Source: Mycoplasmatota bacterium | GTDB lineage: Bacteria; Bacillota_I; Bacilli_A; RF39; UBA660 | Direction: 5' to 3' | Length of the DNA: 36,356 nucleotides | Assembly: GCA_012727915.1 (NCBI GenBank) | Contig: JAAYGD010000005.1 | Coordinates: forward strand, 1 to 36,356 | Part shown: piece by piece, positions 19,815 through 29,104 of the stretch | Layout of the letters: the number at the start of each line of letters is the position of its first letter | Position numbering within the stretch: position 1 is the first letter of the stretch | The notes under the pieces: model-generated | The model's database searches: none | Seen by the model: the letters and a program-made list of their open reading frames with translations, nothing else | Told to the model about the DNA's origin: nothing | Made by a program: the position numbers and the translations under genes

Positions 19815-20615
19815 CTATATGATTGATATGAAAAATATATAACCAATTAAAACAAATATTAAACTATCAAATCTGTCTAATATTCCACCATGACCAAATA
19901 TAATATTAGAATAATCCTTAACATTATAAAATCTTTTTATTGAACTAAATAATAAATCTCCCAATTGACTAATTACCGCTAAAAACATTGTAATAGAAAC
20001 TAATAACAACAAATTAATTGAATCATTAATATTAATATAATAAATGGTAGATGCTATTATAGTTCCAAATAATACTCCCACAACCAAGCCCACAATACTT
20101 TTCTTTGGAGATATTTTGGGGCACAATTTTTTCCTTCCAGATAACATTCCGGAAATTAATGCATAAGTATCCGTCATAGTAGAAATTGATAATAAATAAA
20201 TAAAAGTTTTAATATCATAAGCTCTAATAAATATTAATAAATTAAATACAAACCCAATCATTAATACTATTCCCAATATAAACAAAGCATCAATAATATT
20301 ATACTTATCAAAATCATTATATATTATAAGAGGAATCAAGAAAAATATTATCATAATACCAATTATTCTATAGTCTAAAAATAAAGAATAATTATCAACA
20401 TTAAATTTACTTAATATTAAAAACAATGTACTTATATACGATAAAAACTTAACAAAAGAAGGAGTCTTTCTTTTTAATTCTTTTAATCCCAATAGTTCTT
20501 TTAGAGCAAGTAATCCTAATACAGAAACTGTTAATTTAAAAACATTTCCTCCATATATAATTACTGGTACAAATATTATTATCATTATTATTATTCCAAT
20601 AATTCTCTTTTTCAT
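19815..20615 (-). CDS. cdsA: Phosphatidate cytidylyltransferase
   Basis: ISPKKS, GDLLFSSIKR and GHGGILDRFDS motifs. Confidence 0.95.
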   Translation of the reverse strand: MKKRIIGIIIMIIIFVPVIIYGGNVFKLTVSVLGLLALKELLGLKELKRKTPSFVKFLSYISTLFLILSKFNVDNYSLFLDYRIIGIMIIFFLIPLIIYNDFDKYNIIDALFILGIVLMIGFVFNLLIFIRAYDIKTFIYLLSISTMTDTYALISGMLSGRKKLCPKISPKKSIVGLVVGVLFGTIIASTIYYININDSINLLLLVSITMFLAVISQLGDLLFSSIKRFYNVKDYSNIIFGHGGILDRFDSLIFVLIGYIFFISII

Positions 20616-20660
20616 ACTCTCACCATATTAATTATATATTAGTTGTTTATTTATATCAAG

Positions 20661-21623
20661 TTATTTAATACCTATACCTCTATATAATCTTTTGTCTTCT
20701 AATGATTTATTATATGTATCAGTAATCAAACTATCTCCATCAGGATTTGTATTTTTTCTTTTTGATATTTCATCATAATAACCAACGTTTGACTTTATAA
20801 TAGAATCTTCATCAATCAAGAACAAATTTGCTCTCATATAACAAGTTCTAAGTATTGTTTTGCTATCTAACAAACCATCTTTCTTTTTGTATTTTTTTAA
20901 AACACTTTGAGTTTTTTTCAAATTATCTAATATTATTCCACTAAATATTGATGTATTTATTTCTTTTGGCATATTAGAAAAGCTCATATAAAACCCAGCA
21001 GTTATAAGAATGTTTTTATCAACCTCGAAATTATTTAATAACATCTCTGATTCCAAATGATCATTCATAAAAATCAAATTATACTTGGCTTCAATTAATT
21101 CTTCTTTTATATCTTCATTATCACTCTTATCTATACTATCTTGTATCATGGATAAAAATATCCTATTAATATCATTATTGAAAAGCTCATCGCAATATAT
21201 TAAATATGAAGACAAAGGAATTCCATATTTAACTTTAGAATAATTTTGAAGTTGTTCTTCTTTTTTTAACTTTTCAATTTCTTCAATTACTATGTTGAAT
21301 ATCTTATTAAATAAGTATCGACTTGATAAATCTGTAGAATCTTGAATAATGCATTCTTCATCATTTAATCGCCCTAATAACAATTCATTTTTAATATGTA
21401 CACTTGCATCAATCATTTCTAATAATACATGTTTTTTGATATTTATATTATCTTTTATTAGTTTATTAATTTCAGACAATAACTCCAATGCATCTTCAAA
21501 TTCTTTTTCTTTCTTTCCTCCAACAATCTCAAAAAAAGATAAGTCTTTGTAGATTTCTTTTCTTTTATTTATTAATGCTTCTTCTTTTTTAAAATTTAAG
21601 TAATCAAGTTCAAATTCATCCAT
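20661..21623 (-). CDS. Hypothetical protein
   Basis: About 320-aa ORF; the GGAGG RBS supports the ATG at 21623. Confidence 0.7.
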   Translation of the reverse strand: MDEFELDYLNFKKEEALINKRKEIYKDLSFFEIVGGKKEKEFEDALELLSEINKLIKDNINIKKHVLLEMIDASVHIKNELLLGRLNDEECIIQDSTDLSSRYLFNKIFNIVIEEIEKLKKEEQLQNYSKVKYGIPLSSYLIYCDELFNNDINRIFLSMIQDSIDKSDNEDIKEELIEAKYNLIFMNDHLESEMLLNNFEVDKNILITAGFYMSFSNMPKEINTSIFSGIILDNLKKTQSVLKKYKKKDGLLDSKTILRTCYMRANLFLIDEDSIIKSNVGYYDEISKRKNTNPDGDSLITDTYNKSLEDKRLYRGIGIK

Positions 21624-21730
21624 AAAACCCTCCATAAATATATATAATATACTATATTTATTTATTTTTAAACCATATTTGATAAAAAAATATTTTTATG
21701 CTAAAATATTTTCTTAATCGAGGTGATATT

Positions 21731-22168
21731 ATGAAATATTCATCAAATTTTGATTTTTATTTGTTACCATGTGGCGCTATTTTCAGTGAGTTTTTATACC
21801 AATATAAATATATAGATGAAGTTCCATCTTATAATAAAAATGATATAAAACCCATTATTGACATTGCAACCGAAAACAAAGTTTTCACATCATCTTGTTA
21901 TCATAGTGATGCAATAAAATTAGCTGAAATAATTAAGAACCAATATAATTCTCCAGAGTTAGAAGAAAAAACTAATAATATTATTGATTCTCATATGGGC
22001 ACTTTATTGTTAAAAGCATTATATGATTATAATTTTGCGGATTCAAATGGACAAAAAAGAATAGATACTGAAATAGAAACATTATTAAGTCTTAATAACT
22101 TAGCTCTTACTGGTATGCCAGAAAAGCCTGGAGGCTTTAAAAAAATATTTAAAAAAAATAAGGATTAA
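21731..22168 (+). CDS. Hypothetical protein
   Basis: GAGGTG RBS precedes the ATG at 21731; ends at a bidirectional terminator. Confidence 0.7.
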   Translation: MKYSSNFDFYLLPCGAIFSEFLYQYKYIDEVPSYNKNDIKPIIDIATENKVFTSSCYHSDAIKLAEIIKNQYNSPELEEKTNNIIDSHMGTLLLKALYDYNFADSNGQKRIDTEIETLLSLNNLALTGMPEKPGGFKKIFKKNKD

Positions 22169-22185
22169 ATAATTCTTATTTTTTT
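22152..22185. terminator. Bidirectional terminator
   Basis: AAAAATAAGGATTA-AA-TAATTCTTATTTTT between convergent genes. Confidence 0.6.
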
Positions 22186-22478
22186 GACATTATTTTTAAT
22201 ATCTCATCAAAATTGTCATCTTTTGCAATTATGTTTTTTCTAATTGATTTGCATTTATCACATTTATAAACAATTTTAAATGTATCTTTATATTTTTCTA
22301 TATCAATAGGAATTAGATATCCTTTGCATTCGGATAATCTATCTCCTGGATTAATATCCAAATGAATGGAATGCAAACAATTTGGGCAATGATCTCTTGA
22401 GGAATATACAAGAGGTATTACTTCCTTTTTACAATTATAACAGATAAATTTTTCATCTATTTCATTAAATCTTTTCAT
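22176..22478 (-). CDS. RNHCP domain (zinc-finger-like) protein
   Basis: FICYNC...RDHCPNCLHSIHLDINPGDR...CKG...CDKC. Confidence 0.92.
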   Translation of the reverse strand: MKRFNEIDEKFICYNCKKEVIPLVYSSRDHCPNCLHSIHLDINPGDRLSECKGYLIPIDIEKYKDTFKIVYKCDKCKSIRKNIIAKDDNFDEILKIMSKK

Positions 22479-23673
22479 TTAGAATTACTTTAATATATGT
22501 TTTTTTACCCTTTTGAATTACTATTTCTTTTCTATTTACAATATAGTTAGTATCCATTATTTTTTCTTTATCTATTATTATTCCACCTTGTTCTATTAAC
22601 CTTCTTGCCTCTGATTTGGATGGTACCAAATTAGTTTTTACCATTAAATCAATTACATTAATATTATTATCTTCTATTTTTACTGTAGGCATATTATTTG
22701 GATTATTACCACTAAAAATTTCTTCAGATAACTTTTGAACTTTAATAGCTTCTTCTTCTCCATGAACTAATTTTGTTACTTCAAAAGCCATTACCTTTTT
22801 AGCCTTTATAATGTCTTCTTTGCACATTTTTTTAATTTCAGATACTGGATAATCACTAAAGAAACATAATAATCTTTCAACATCTTCATCATATGAATTA
22901 ATAAACATTTGATAAAAATCATATACTGTGGTTTTTTCTCTAGATACCCATAAAGTACCAGAAGAAGTTTTCCCCATTTTTTCGCCATCAGCTTTTACTA
23001 ACAAAGGACAGGTTAATGCTTCTATTTCTTTATTTTTAATATTTGATAAATTATTCATCTTTCTAAATAATTCAGTGCCCGCTACCATGTTAGCCCATTG
23101 ATCAGAACCACCTACTTGTAATACACAACCTTCGGTTTCATTTAAATGTACAAAATCATATGCTTGCATTAACATATAACCCATTTCTAAAAAAGTTAAT
23201 CCCCCTTCTTCTAATCTTTTCTTATAACAATCAGTAGATAACATTTTATTTACATTAAAATGAACTCCAACTTTTCTCATAAAATCTATATAATTATCTT
23301 TCATCCATGATACATTATCTACTATTTTAGCGGGATTGTTACCATCAACATCAACAAATTTTTTTACTAATTCTATTACTTCTTTTTTATTGTATTCAAC
23401 TTGTTCCTTTGATAAGGTTTTTCTTAAATCACTTCTTCCTGAAGGATCACCTATTAAAGCAGTAGCTCCTCCAATTAATACTATTGGATGATGTCCCATT
23501 TTTTGAAGTCTTCTTACTAATGTTAATGCGAAAAAATGACCTATATGCAAACTATCTGCTGTAGGATCTATACCTAAATAGAAAGTTATTTTTTCATTAT
23601 TAATCATTTTTTTAATTAATTCTTCATTTGTTGCTTGATAAACATATCCTCTTTCCTTTAATTCATTAAACAT
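22465..23673 (-). CDS. tyrS: Tyrosine--tRNA ligase
   Basis: GIDPTADSLHIGH, GGSDQW and KMGKT motifs; C-terminal S4 domain. Confidence 0.98.
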   Translation of the reverse strand: MFNELKERGYVYQATNEELIKKMINNEKITFYLGIDPTADSLHIGHFFALTLVRRLQKMGHHPIVLIGGATALIGDPSGRSDLRKTLSKEQVEYNKKEVIELVKKFVDVDGNNPAKIVDNVSWMKDNYIDFMRKVGVHFNVNKMLSTDCYKKRLEEGGLTFLEMGYMLMQAYDFVHLNETEGCVLQVGGSDQWANMVAGTELFRKMNNLSNIKNKEIEALTCPLLVKADGEKMGKTSSGTLWVSREKTTVYDFYQMFINSYDEDVERLLCFFSDYPVSEIKKMCKEDIIKAKKVMAFEVTKLVHGEEEAIKVQKLSEEIFSGNNPNNMPTVKIEDNNINVIDLMVKTNLVPSKSEARRLIEQGGIIIDKEKIMDTNYIVNRKEIVIQKGKKTYIKVILNEKI

Positions 23674-23685
23674 ATTTCCTCCTAT

Positions 23686-23878
23686 AAAAAAACACTACAA
23701 ATCTAAGGACGATTAATCGCGGTACCACCTTAGTTCATAGTATCTCTATGCTCTTTATATTATAACGTAATAAACGTTCAAATTCTTAGTATGTAAATTC
23801 ATTTAATTATTATCCTAATTTCCACCAAACATTAAGTCTCTATATATAACAACTAAACTACTAATTACTAATCACTAT
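23686..23878 (-). ncRNA. T-box leader (Tyr)
   Basis: AGAGA and GGTGGAA stem I motifs; specifier TAC at 23793-23795; T-box AAGG-TGGTACC-GCG...CGT-CCTT. Confidence 0.92.
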
Positions 23879-23889
23879 TTGATACCAAA

Positions 23890-23918
23890 ATTGTATCACT
23901 ATAATATTTTAAAGTCAA
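23890..23918 (-). promoter_or_regulatory. Sigma-A promoter of tyrS
   Basis: TTGACT-17 nt-TACAAT with extended TG, overlapping the ezrA stop. Confidence 0.75.
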
Positions 23919-25633
23919 ACATCTTTCTCATATAAACCAAGTAATTTTTTATGAATTCCAGGTTCAATCATATCAATAGTATTTAAAACTAATTCTAATG
24001 ATCTTTTATATTCACCATTACTAAATAAAATTTCAGCTTTGTTTAAACCTTCTTCTATATATTGCTTTCCACCTCTATATCTATTTCCATAAACAATAGC
24101 ATTTTCTGCCATCATAGAAGTTTTAAGTAATTCATTAGTAGTATTATGAATTTTAAAAACTAAATCTCTTGCTGTATCAACTCTCGTATTTAGTACTTGA
24201 ATATTTATTGGCTTCTTTGATAATTCTTTTGCAATTTCCTTTATTCCTTCATACGCTTCATCTAATTCAACATAATACTTATTAGGAATTACTGGGACAT
24301 TATAATCTCTTATTTTATATTTAGTATTTTTTAATAATTCTTCTATTTCTTCCAATTGTTCTCTAGCTCTTTTTTCATCTTCTTGCATATTTCCAACAGT
24401 TTGCATATACTTATTTACTTTTAATTCAATGTTACCAAGTTTGCTCATAATCAATTCTAATTCCTTAACTAATCTTGAATATGGAAAACTCGAAGTATTT
24501 TTTGTATCACAAAGCAAATTAAAATCTTTATTAGCTTCTTCCAAATTTAATGTAACTTCATTTAAATCCTTAATTTGTTCTTTCGTTAATTCATAATTAC
24601 ACTTAGCATCGCTTACTTTACCATACAAACATGTAGTAACTTCATTTATTTTATTAATTTTAGATTTAAATGATATTATTTGTTCTTCAAAATTTTTCCT
24701 TGCGGTTTTCTCCATCTCTAAATCATTATATAAAGAATCAAAGTATTCCAATATAGTTCTTAATTCTAGCAATACATCTTCTAAATTTAAAACTCTTACT
24801 TTTGATTCTGAATCTTTTAATTTCTTTTCTATTTCTTCAATATTATAATCAATATTTAAATAATCTAATTGATATCCTTCTTTAATCATTTTGTTTGATA
24901 AAAGCTTAGCTTCTTCTATTCTCTTTGGAATTAAATTTGTACTCATTAATAAAATAGAAGGAACTTCATCTAATACTGTTTGCATATGTTTAATCATGGT
25001 ATCTAATGATTTAACAATTGTTTTAACATCCTCATATTCTTGATTTTCCATACATTCTTCAAACAATTGAAATCTTTTTTCTATAGTTTCAATTTGTAAT
25101 TGTATAGGTTTAACTAAATTCATAAAATCCGGTTTAGTATTTTCAAATATTTGAATTATTTCTCTAAATTTAAATTTCAAATCAGTAACTATTGCTCTAT
25201 TTTTATCTTCACTTAAAGTAATCTCTTGAATTTCTTTAAATATTTTATCTCTTTTTTCCCTAACTTCATATATTTTTATTTCAGTCTTACTTTTTTTAAC
25301 CAAATAATTTTTATAATCTTTTTGATCTAAAGAATACTCAGTTTCTAAAATTAAATCGTTTATTTTAGGAACATCTTCTTTTTTTATTTTATCTATTCCC
25401 TTATTCCAATTAGAGCATCTTACTTTTAATTTTTCATTCCTAATCAAACTTTCTGCTTTAGATAACTCTGTCATTATAGTAGGATCTATAACTATATTTT
25501 TTTGCTTATCAAGCGCTAAGATTTCTTTTTTATGTTTGTTTCTACTTTGTCTTTGAATTAAAAACAATATTATAGATATTACTAGAATAGTAATAATATA
25601 TATTGTCACTAAAAACAAAATTATGTTATCCAT
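23915..25633 (-). CDS. ezrA: Septation ring formation regulator EzrA
   Basis: N-terminal TM, about 570-aa coiled coil, AIVYGNRYR (QNR patch), IEPG near the C-terminus; adjacent to rpsD. Confidence 0.92.
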   Translation of the reverse strand: MDNIILFLVTIYIITILVISIILFLIQRQSRNKHKKEILALDKQKNIVIDPTIMTELSKAESLIRNEKLKVRCSNWNKGIDKIKKEDVPKINDLILETEYSLDQKDYKNYLVKKSKTEIKIYEVREKRDKIFKEIQEITLSEDKNRAIVTDLKFKFREIIQIFENTKPDFMNLVKPIQLQIETIEKRFQLFEECMENQEYEDVKTIVKSLDTMIKHMQTVLDEVPSILLMSTNLIPKRIEEAKLLSNKMIKEGYQLDYLNIDYNIEEIEKKLKDSESKVRVLNLEDVLLELRTILEYFDSLYNDLEMEKTARKNFEEQIISFKSKINKINEVTTCLYGKVSDAKCNYELTKEQIKDLNEVTLNLEEANKDFNLLCDTKNTSSFPYSRLVKELELIMSKLGNIELKVNKYMQTVGNMQEDEKRAREQLEEIEELLKNTKYKIRDYNVPVIPNKYYVELDEAYEGIKEIAKELSKKPINIQVLNTRVDTARDLVFKIHNTTNELLKTSMMAENAIVYGNRYRGGKQYIEEGLNKAEILFSNGEYKRSLELVLNTIDMIEPGIHKKLLGLYEKDV

Positions 25634-25697
25634 AAATCCTCCTACTATAATGCTATTTTATCATATTTTGTCTATTTTTTAAATGTTTCATATTATA

Positions 25698-25726
25698 TTG
25701 ACTTAATTATTTAATAATATTATAAT
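25698..25726 (+). promoter_or_regulatory. Sigma-A promoter of rpsD
   Basis: TTGACT-17 nt-TATAAT. Confidence 0.8.
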
Positions 25727-25732
25727 ACTAGT

Positions 25733-25880
25733 GCATTAAACATTTGAGCGGCATAATAATAAAATATATGATGTGTTTTTTGAAAGTTATAAATAATTAC
25801 CCGGCTGCGTAATGAAAGTACAATAAAAACACCCTATGTATTGGTATTATATTCAATAGTTTAATAGTAAATATTGAAGG
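25733..25880 (+). ncRNA. Probable rpsD (S4) autoregulatory leader
   Basis: About 150-nt 5'UTR; GTGTTTTT/AAAAACAC pairing arms enclose TTACCCGGCTGCGTAA, a GCTGC motif resembling Bacilli S4 leaders. Confidence 0.5.
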
Positions 25881-25887
25881 AGGAAAA

Positions 25888-26490
25888 ATGTCAAGATATA
25901 CAGGCCCTGCTTATAAAAGAAGCAGAAGAGTTGGAATTTCAACTTTAGAAACTGGTAGAGAATTATTAAAGAAACCTTATGTACCTGGACAACACGGAAG
26001 ATCTAGAAGAAGGAAATTATCAAACTATGGAATTCAATTAACTGAAAAACAAAAAATGAGATTTACTTACGGTTTGGGTGAAAGACAATTACAAAGAGTA
26101 TATGTATCAGCATCTAAGATGAAAGGTATCCATGGTGAAAATATGTTTAGAATACTTGAAAGTAGACTAGATAATATAGTATTCCGTATGGGTATGGCAA
26201 ATACTAGAAGTGGCGCAAGACAATTAGTAAATCATGGTCACGTTCTTGTAAATGGCAATAAAGTAGATATTCCATCATATCAAGTATCACCTGGAGACAA
26301 AATATCAGTAAAAGAAAATTCTAAAACTCAAAAATCAATTAAAGAAGCATTAGACAGAGTTGTTAAAACAGTTGAATATATTTCTTTTGATAAAGAAAAA
26401 TTAGAAGGTTCTTATGTAAGATATCCAGAAAGATCTGAATTAACAGCCGATATTAATGAATCATTAATAGTTGAATATTATAGTAGATAA
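25888..26490 (+). CDS. rpsD: 30S ribosomal protein S4
   Basis: MSRYTGP, PGQHG, LESRLDN and ARQLVNHGH motifs. Confidence 0.99.
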   Translation: MSRYTGPAYKRSRRVGISTLETGRELLKKPYVPGQHGRSRRRKLSNYGIQLTEKQKMRFTYGLGERQLQRVYVSASKMKGIHGENMFRILESRLDNIVFRMGMANTRSGARQLVNHGHVLVNGNKVDIPSYQVSPGDKISVKENSKTQKSIKEALDRVVKTVEYISFDKEKLEGSYVRYPERSELTADINESLIVEYYSR

Positions 26491-26517
26491 AAAAATAAGA
26501 ATTACTTCTTATTTTTT
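26489..26517. terminator. Bidirectional terminator after rpsD
   Basis: AAAAATAAGAA-TTAC-TTCTTATTTTT. Confidence 0.7.
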
Positions 26518-26837
26518 GTTTGACTTTTCTTTAAATTAACTAAATTTGATGAATTTCCAGTTACTTTATTATAAGAATCCAATTCGAATTTGTTCATTTC
26601 AATAATATTGTTATTTATATTTGAAGCAAGTTTTATATTTACATACATAATTGGAAATGATAACACAGCAGTTAATGGAATATTCTTTTTTGTAATTATT
26701 GAACTTAATGCCCATAATGTATATAAAGATGTAATAGATAGAATAAGGAAAATTTTTCTCTTATTCATATTCTCTTTTTTATTTATTATGTTTTCATTAT
26801 TGCTTTCTATAAGTTTTTGATTTTTTTCTTTTTTCAA
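26502..26837 (-). CDS. Hypothetical membrane protein
   Basis: TTG start after a GAGG RBS; 1-2 TM segments; bounded by terminators. Confidence 0.55.
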   Translation of the reverse strand: MKKEKNQKLIESNNENIINKKENMNKRKIFLILSITSLYTLWALSSIITKKNIPLTAVLSFPIMYVNIKLASNINNNIIEMNKFELDSYNKVTGNSSNLVNLKKSQTKNKK

Positions 26838-26885
26838 AATTATTACCTCTTATTAAAAATTAAAATATATTATTTATTGTATTGA

Positions 26886-26912
26886 AAAAGATAAGAATTA
26901 TTTCTTATCTTT
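26886..26912 (-). terminator. Terminator after the ytxH-like gene
   Basis: Inverted repeat AAAGATAAGAA-TTAT-TTCTTATCTTT. Confidence 0.65.
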
Positions 26913-27302
26913 ATCTGCTTCTAATTTTTCTATTACTTGCTTTGCCAAATCTGATATAGATGTTTTAATCGATTTAGTAGCTTCTTCAACAACCGGTTTA
27001 CCAGATTGTTTTGCTAAATCAACTAATTCACCAGCTTTTTTAGCTAAAACTTCTCCTTTTTCTTTTGCCATTTCAATTACTTTTTCTTTATCTAAAGATT
27101 TGATTTCTTTGTTTATTTCTTTAATTTTTCCTTCGATGTTAACTTTTACTTCTTCCATATCTAAATCTTTCAATTGGTCAAACATTTCTGTCATCTTTTT
27201 AGATAAATCTTGTCTAGTTTCTTTCCCAGTCTTAGGTGCAAATAAAAGTCCTAATCCAGCTCCTAAAATAGCACCAAGTGCAAATTTACTCCCTCTCTTC
27301 AT
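26898..27302 (-). CDS. YtxH domain protein
   Basis: GAILGAGLGLLFAPKTGKETR signature. Confidence 0.93.
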   Translation of the reverse strand: MKRGSKFALGAILGAGLGLLFAPKTGKETRQDLSKKMTEMFDQLKDLDMEEVKVNIEGKIKEINKEIKSLDKEKVIEMAKEKGEVLAKKAGELVDLAKQSGKPVVEEATKSIKTSISDLAKQVIEKLEADKDKK

Positions 27303-27594
27303 TTTCTTCTTCTCCTTTCTTTTTTTTCTTATTAAATAATCCTAACACAAAGGAAGCTATTCCTTCAGTTATCTTATCCATAATTAATGATATTCTATCA
27401 GTTGCATTATCTATCATTTTAAACGCTCCATCCAAAGATTTAACTTTTTTATCTATATCTTCTACAATTAAATCCATCTTTTTTAATATTTTAAGTGCTC
27501 TTATTAATAATATTATCAATATAATTAAAGTTATAAGTCCAACCATATAAAGTAATAATGGTAACCAAATTTGTAACAATTCTACAAATGTCAT
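27286..27594 (-). CDS. YtxG/YoxC (DUF948)-like membrane protein
   Basis: N-terminal TM plus coiled coil, directly upstream of the ytxH-like gene. Confidence 0.7.
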   Translation of the reverse strand: MTFVELLQIWLPLLLYMVGLITLIILIILLIRALKILKKMDLIVEDIDKKVKSLDGAFKMIDNATDRISLIMDKITEGIASFVLGLFNKKKKKGEEENEERE

Positions 27595-28376
27595 TCTTCA
27601 CTCTCCTCGTCTTTATACATACTATCTACTAGAGAATAAAAATCATCATCTGAAGTTTCCTTTAACAATTTATCTATAGACTTAATTTTATCATCTATTT
27701 CATCTAAATCATAACTCTCTTCTTCATAGTCTTCTTCATTTAATTCTAATCTACTTAAAGGTTTTTCATCCTTTTGTTCTTCTTTTTTTGGAAGTTCCAC
27801 TTCTTTTTCTTCTTTAAGTGACTCGAACAAATTAATTTCAGCTTGTTTTTCTATTGGAGTTTCTTCTGTTGTATAAAATTTTTCTTCTCTAGTTACTGTT
27901 TTAGTTACTTCCACTTGACCATATGCTTTTCTCATTACGCTATCAACGTCCATTTTACCATCAATATCAAATCCACTAGCAGAATTTTTTTCAACTATAT
28001 CTCCTTTTTTATAATTCTTATCAAGTATTCCATATATTGGAGATATTACAGGAGAAGGTCTAAATACTCTTTTATCATCAGGTGGTGACATGTGTTCAAT
28101 CACTCTACTTTTTTCTTCTTGTTCATTTAATATATTTACTTGTTCAATATCCTCTTCAACAAAATCTTCATCATCAAAGTTTATTGGAAATTTAAACTTG
28201 GGATCAGTCTTAAATAAATCCCTCTCTGTTATGGCAGAATCGGTATCTATTTTTGGTTCTTCAATGCTTTCTTCTTTTACTTCTTCTTTTTTGACTTCTT
28301 TATTTTTTTCTTCTTTTATTACTTCATCATCATCATCCTCAAATAATACATCTTTAAGTTTATTAAAAAAACCCAT
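27591..28376 (-). CDS. Acidic, largely disordered protein with SftA N-terminal-like motifs
   Basis: Amphipathic start MGFFNKLKDVLF; KFKFP and FRPSPVISPIYG motifs; no ATPase domain. Confidence 0.7.
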   Translation of the reverse strand: MGFFNKLKDVLFEDDDDEVIKEEKNKEVKKEEVKEESIEEPKIDTDSAITERDLFKTDPKFKFPINFDDEDFVEEDIEQVNILNEQEEKSRVIEHMSPPDDKRVFRPSPVISPIYGILDKNYKKGDIVEKNSASGFDIDGKMDVDSVMRKAYGQVEVTKTVTREEKFYTTEETPIEKQAEINLFESLKEEKEVELPKKEEQKDEKPLSRLELNEEDYEEESYDLDEIDDKIKSIDKLLKETSDDDFYSLVDSMYKDEESEE

Positions 28377-28378
28377 AA

Positions 28379-29053
28379 CTAATCTTCCTTTCCATCATCA
28401 TCTACTTCTTCTTCAATGTTTTCATTATTATCTTCTGTTTCTTCTTCAGTATTTTCTTCATTATCTTCAAGAGAATCTAGAAAAGTCCCTTCTTCTCTTT
28501 TTGGAACAAAAATGTTTAATTTCTCTTCACTTTTAGAATCATACGTGTTTCCTAATTTTTCTTCCGCTAAAATATTATTAAATTTTAACGAAGATAAAAT
28601 ATAACCGGAATCCAATAATGCTTTTTCTATATTATTTTCTTTAACATATACTTCTATTTTAGCATAATTATACATTATTTGTATAAAATAACTATCATTT
28701 AATTTAGAAATTTCTATATATCCTTGTTTATCTTTATAATCTAATTTCTTTGAATAGTATATTTCTTTATTTTCTTCGTATTCTAATTTTGTCTTATTAT
28801 AATAACTAACAACATCTACATATAAATAATAAAAATCTCCTTTTGAATATAGTGTTTCATTATATTCATCTCTTCCTACAAGTACTACTCCATTAGGCAT
28901 ATAATACTTATATCCAGGAGATACTGTATTAACTAAATTATTATTATTTTTAAATATGTTTTCTATTATTGTATCTTTATTTAAATCTATTTTACTAATA
29001 CTACAACCAGTAAATATAATAATTGCAATAATAAATAGTATTATTTTTTTCAT
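28379..29053 (-). CDS. Putative lipoprotein with an acidic tail
   Basis: MKK, hydrophobic core and lipobox FTGC. Confidence 0.8.
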   Translation of the reverse strand: MKKIILFIIAIIIFTGCSISKIDLNKDTIIENIFKNNNNLVNTVSPGYKYYMPNGVVLVGRDEYNETLYSKGDFYYLYVDVVSYYNKTKLEYEENKEIYYSKKLDYKDKQGYIEISKLNDSYFIQIMYNYAKIEVYVKENNIEKALLDSGYILSSLKFNNILAEEKLGNTYDSKSEEKLNIFVPKREEGTFLDSLEDNEENTEEETEDNNENIEEEVDDDGKED

Positions 29054-29104
29054 ACAACACCTACTCTAATTTTATTATAACATAAAGGACTAATTCAATA
29101 AATA

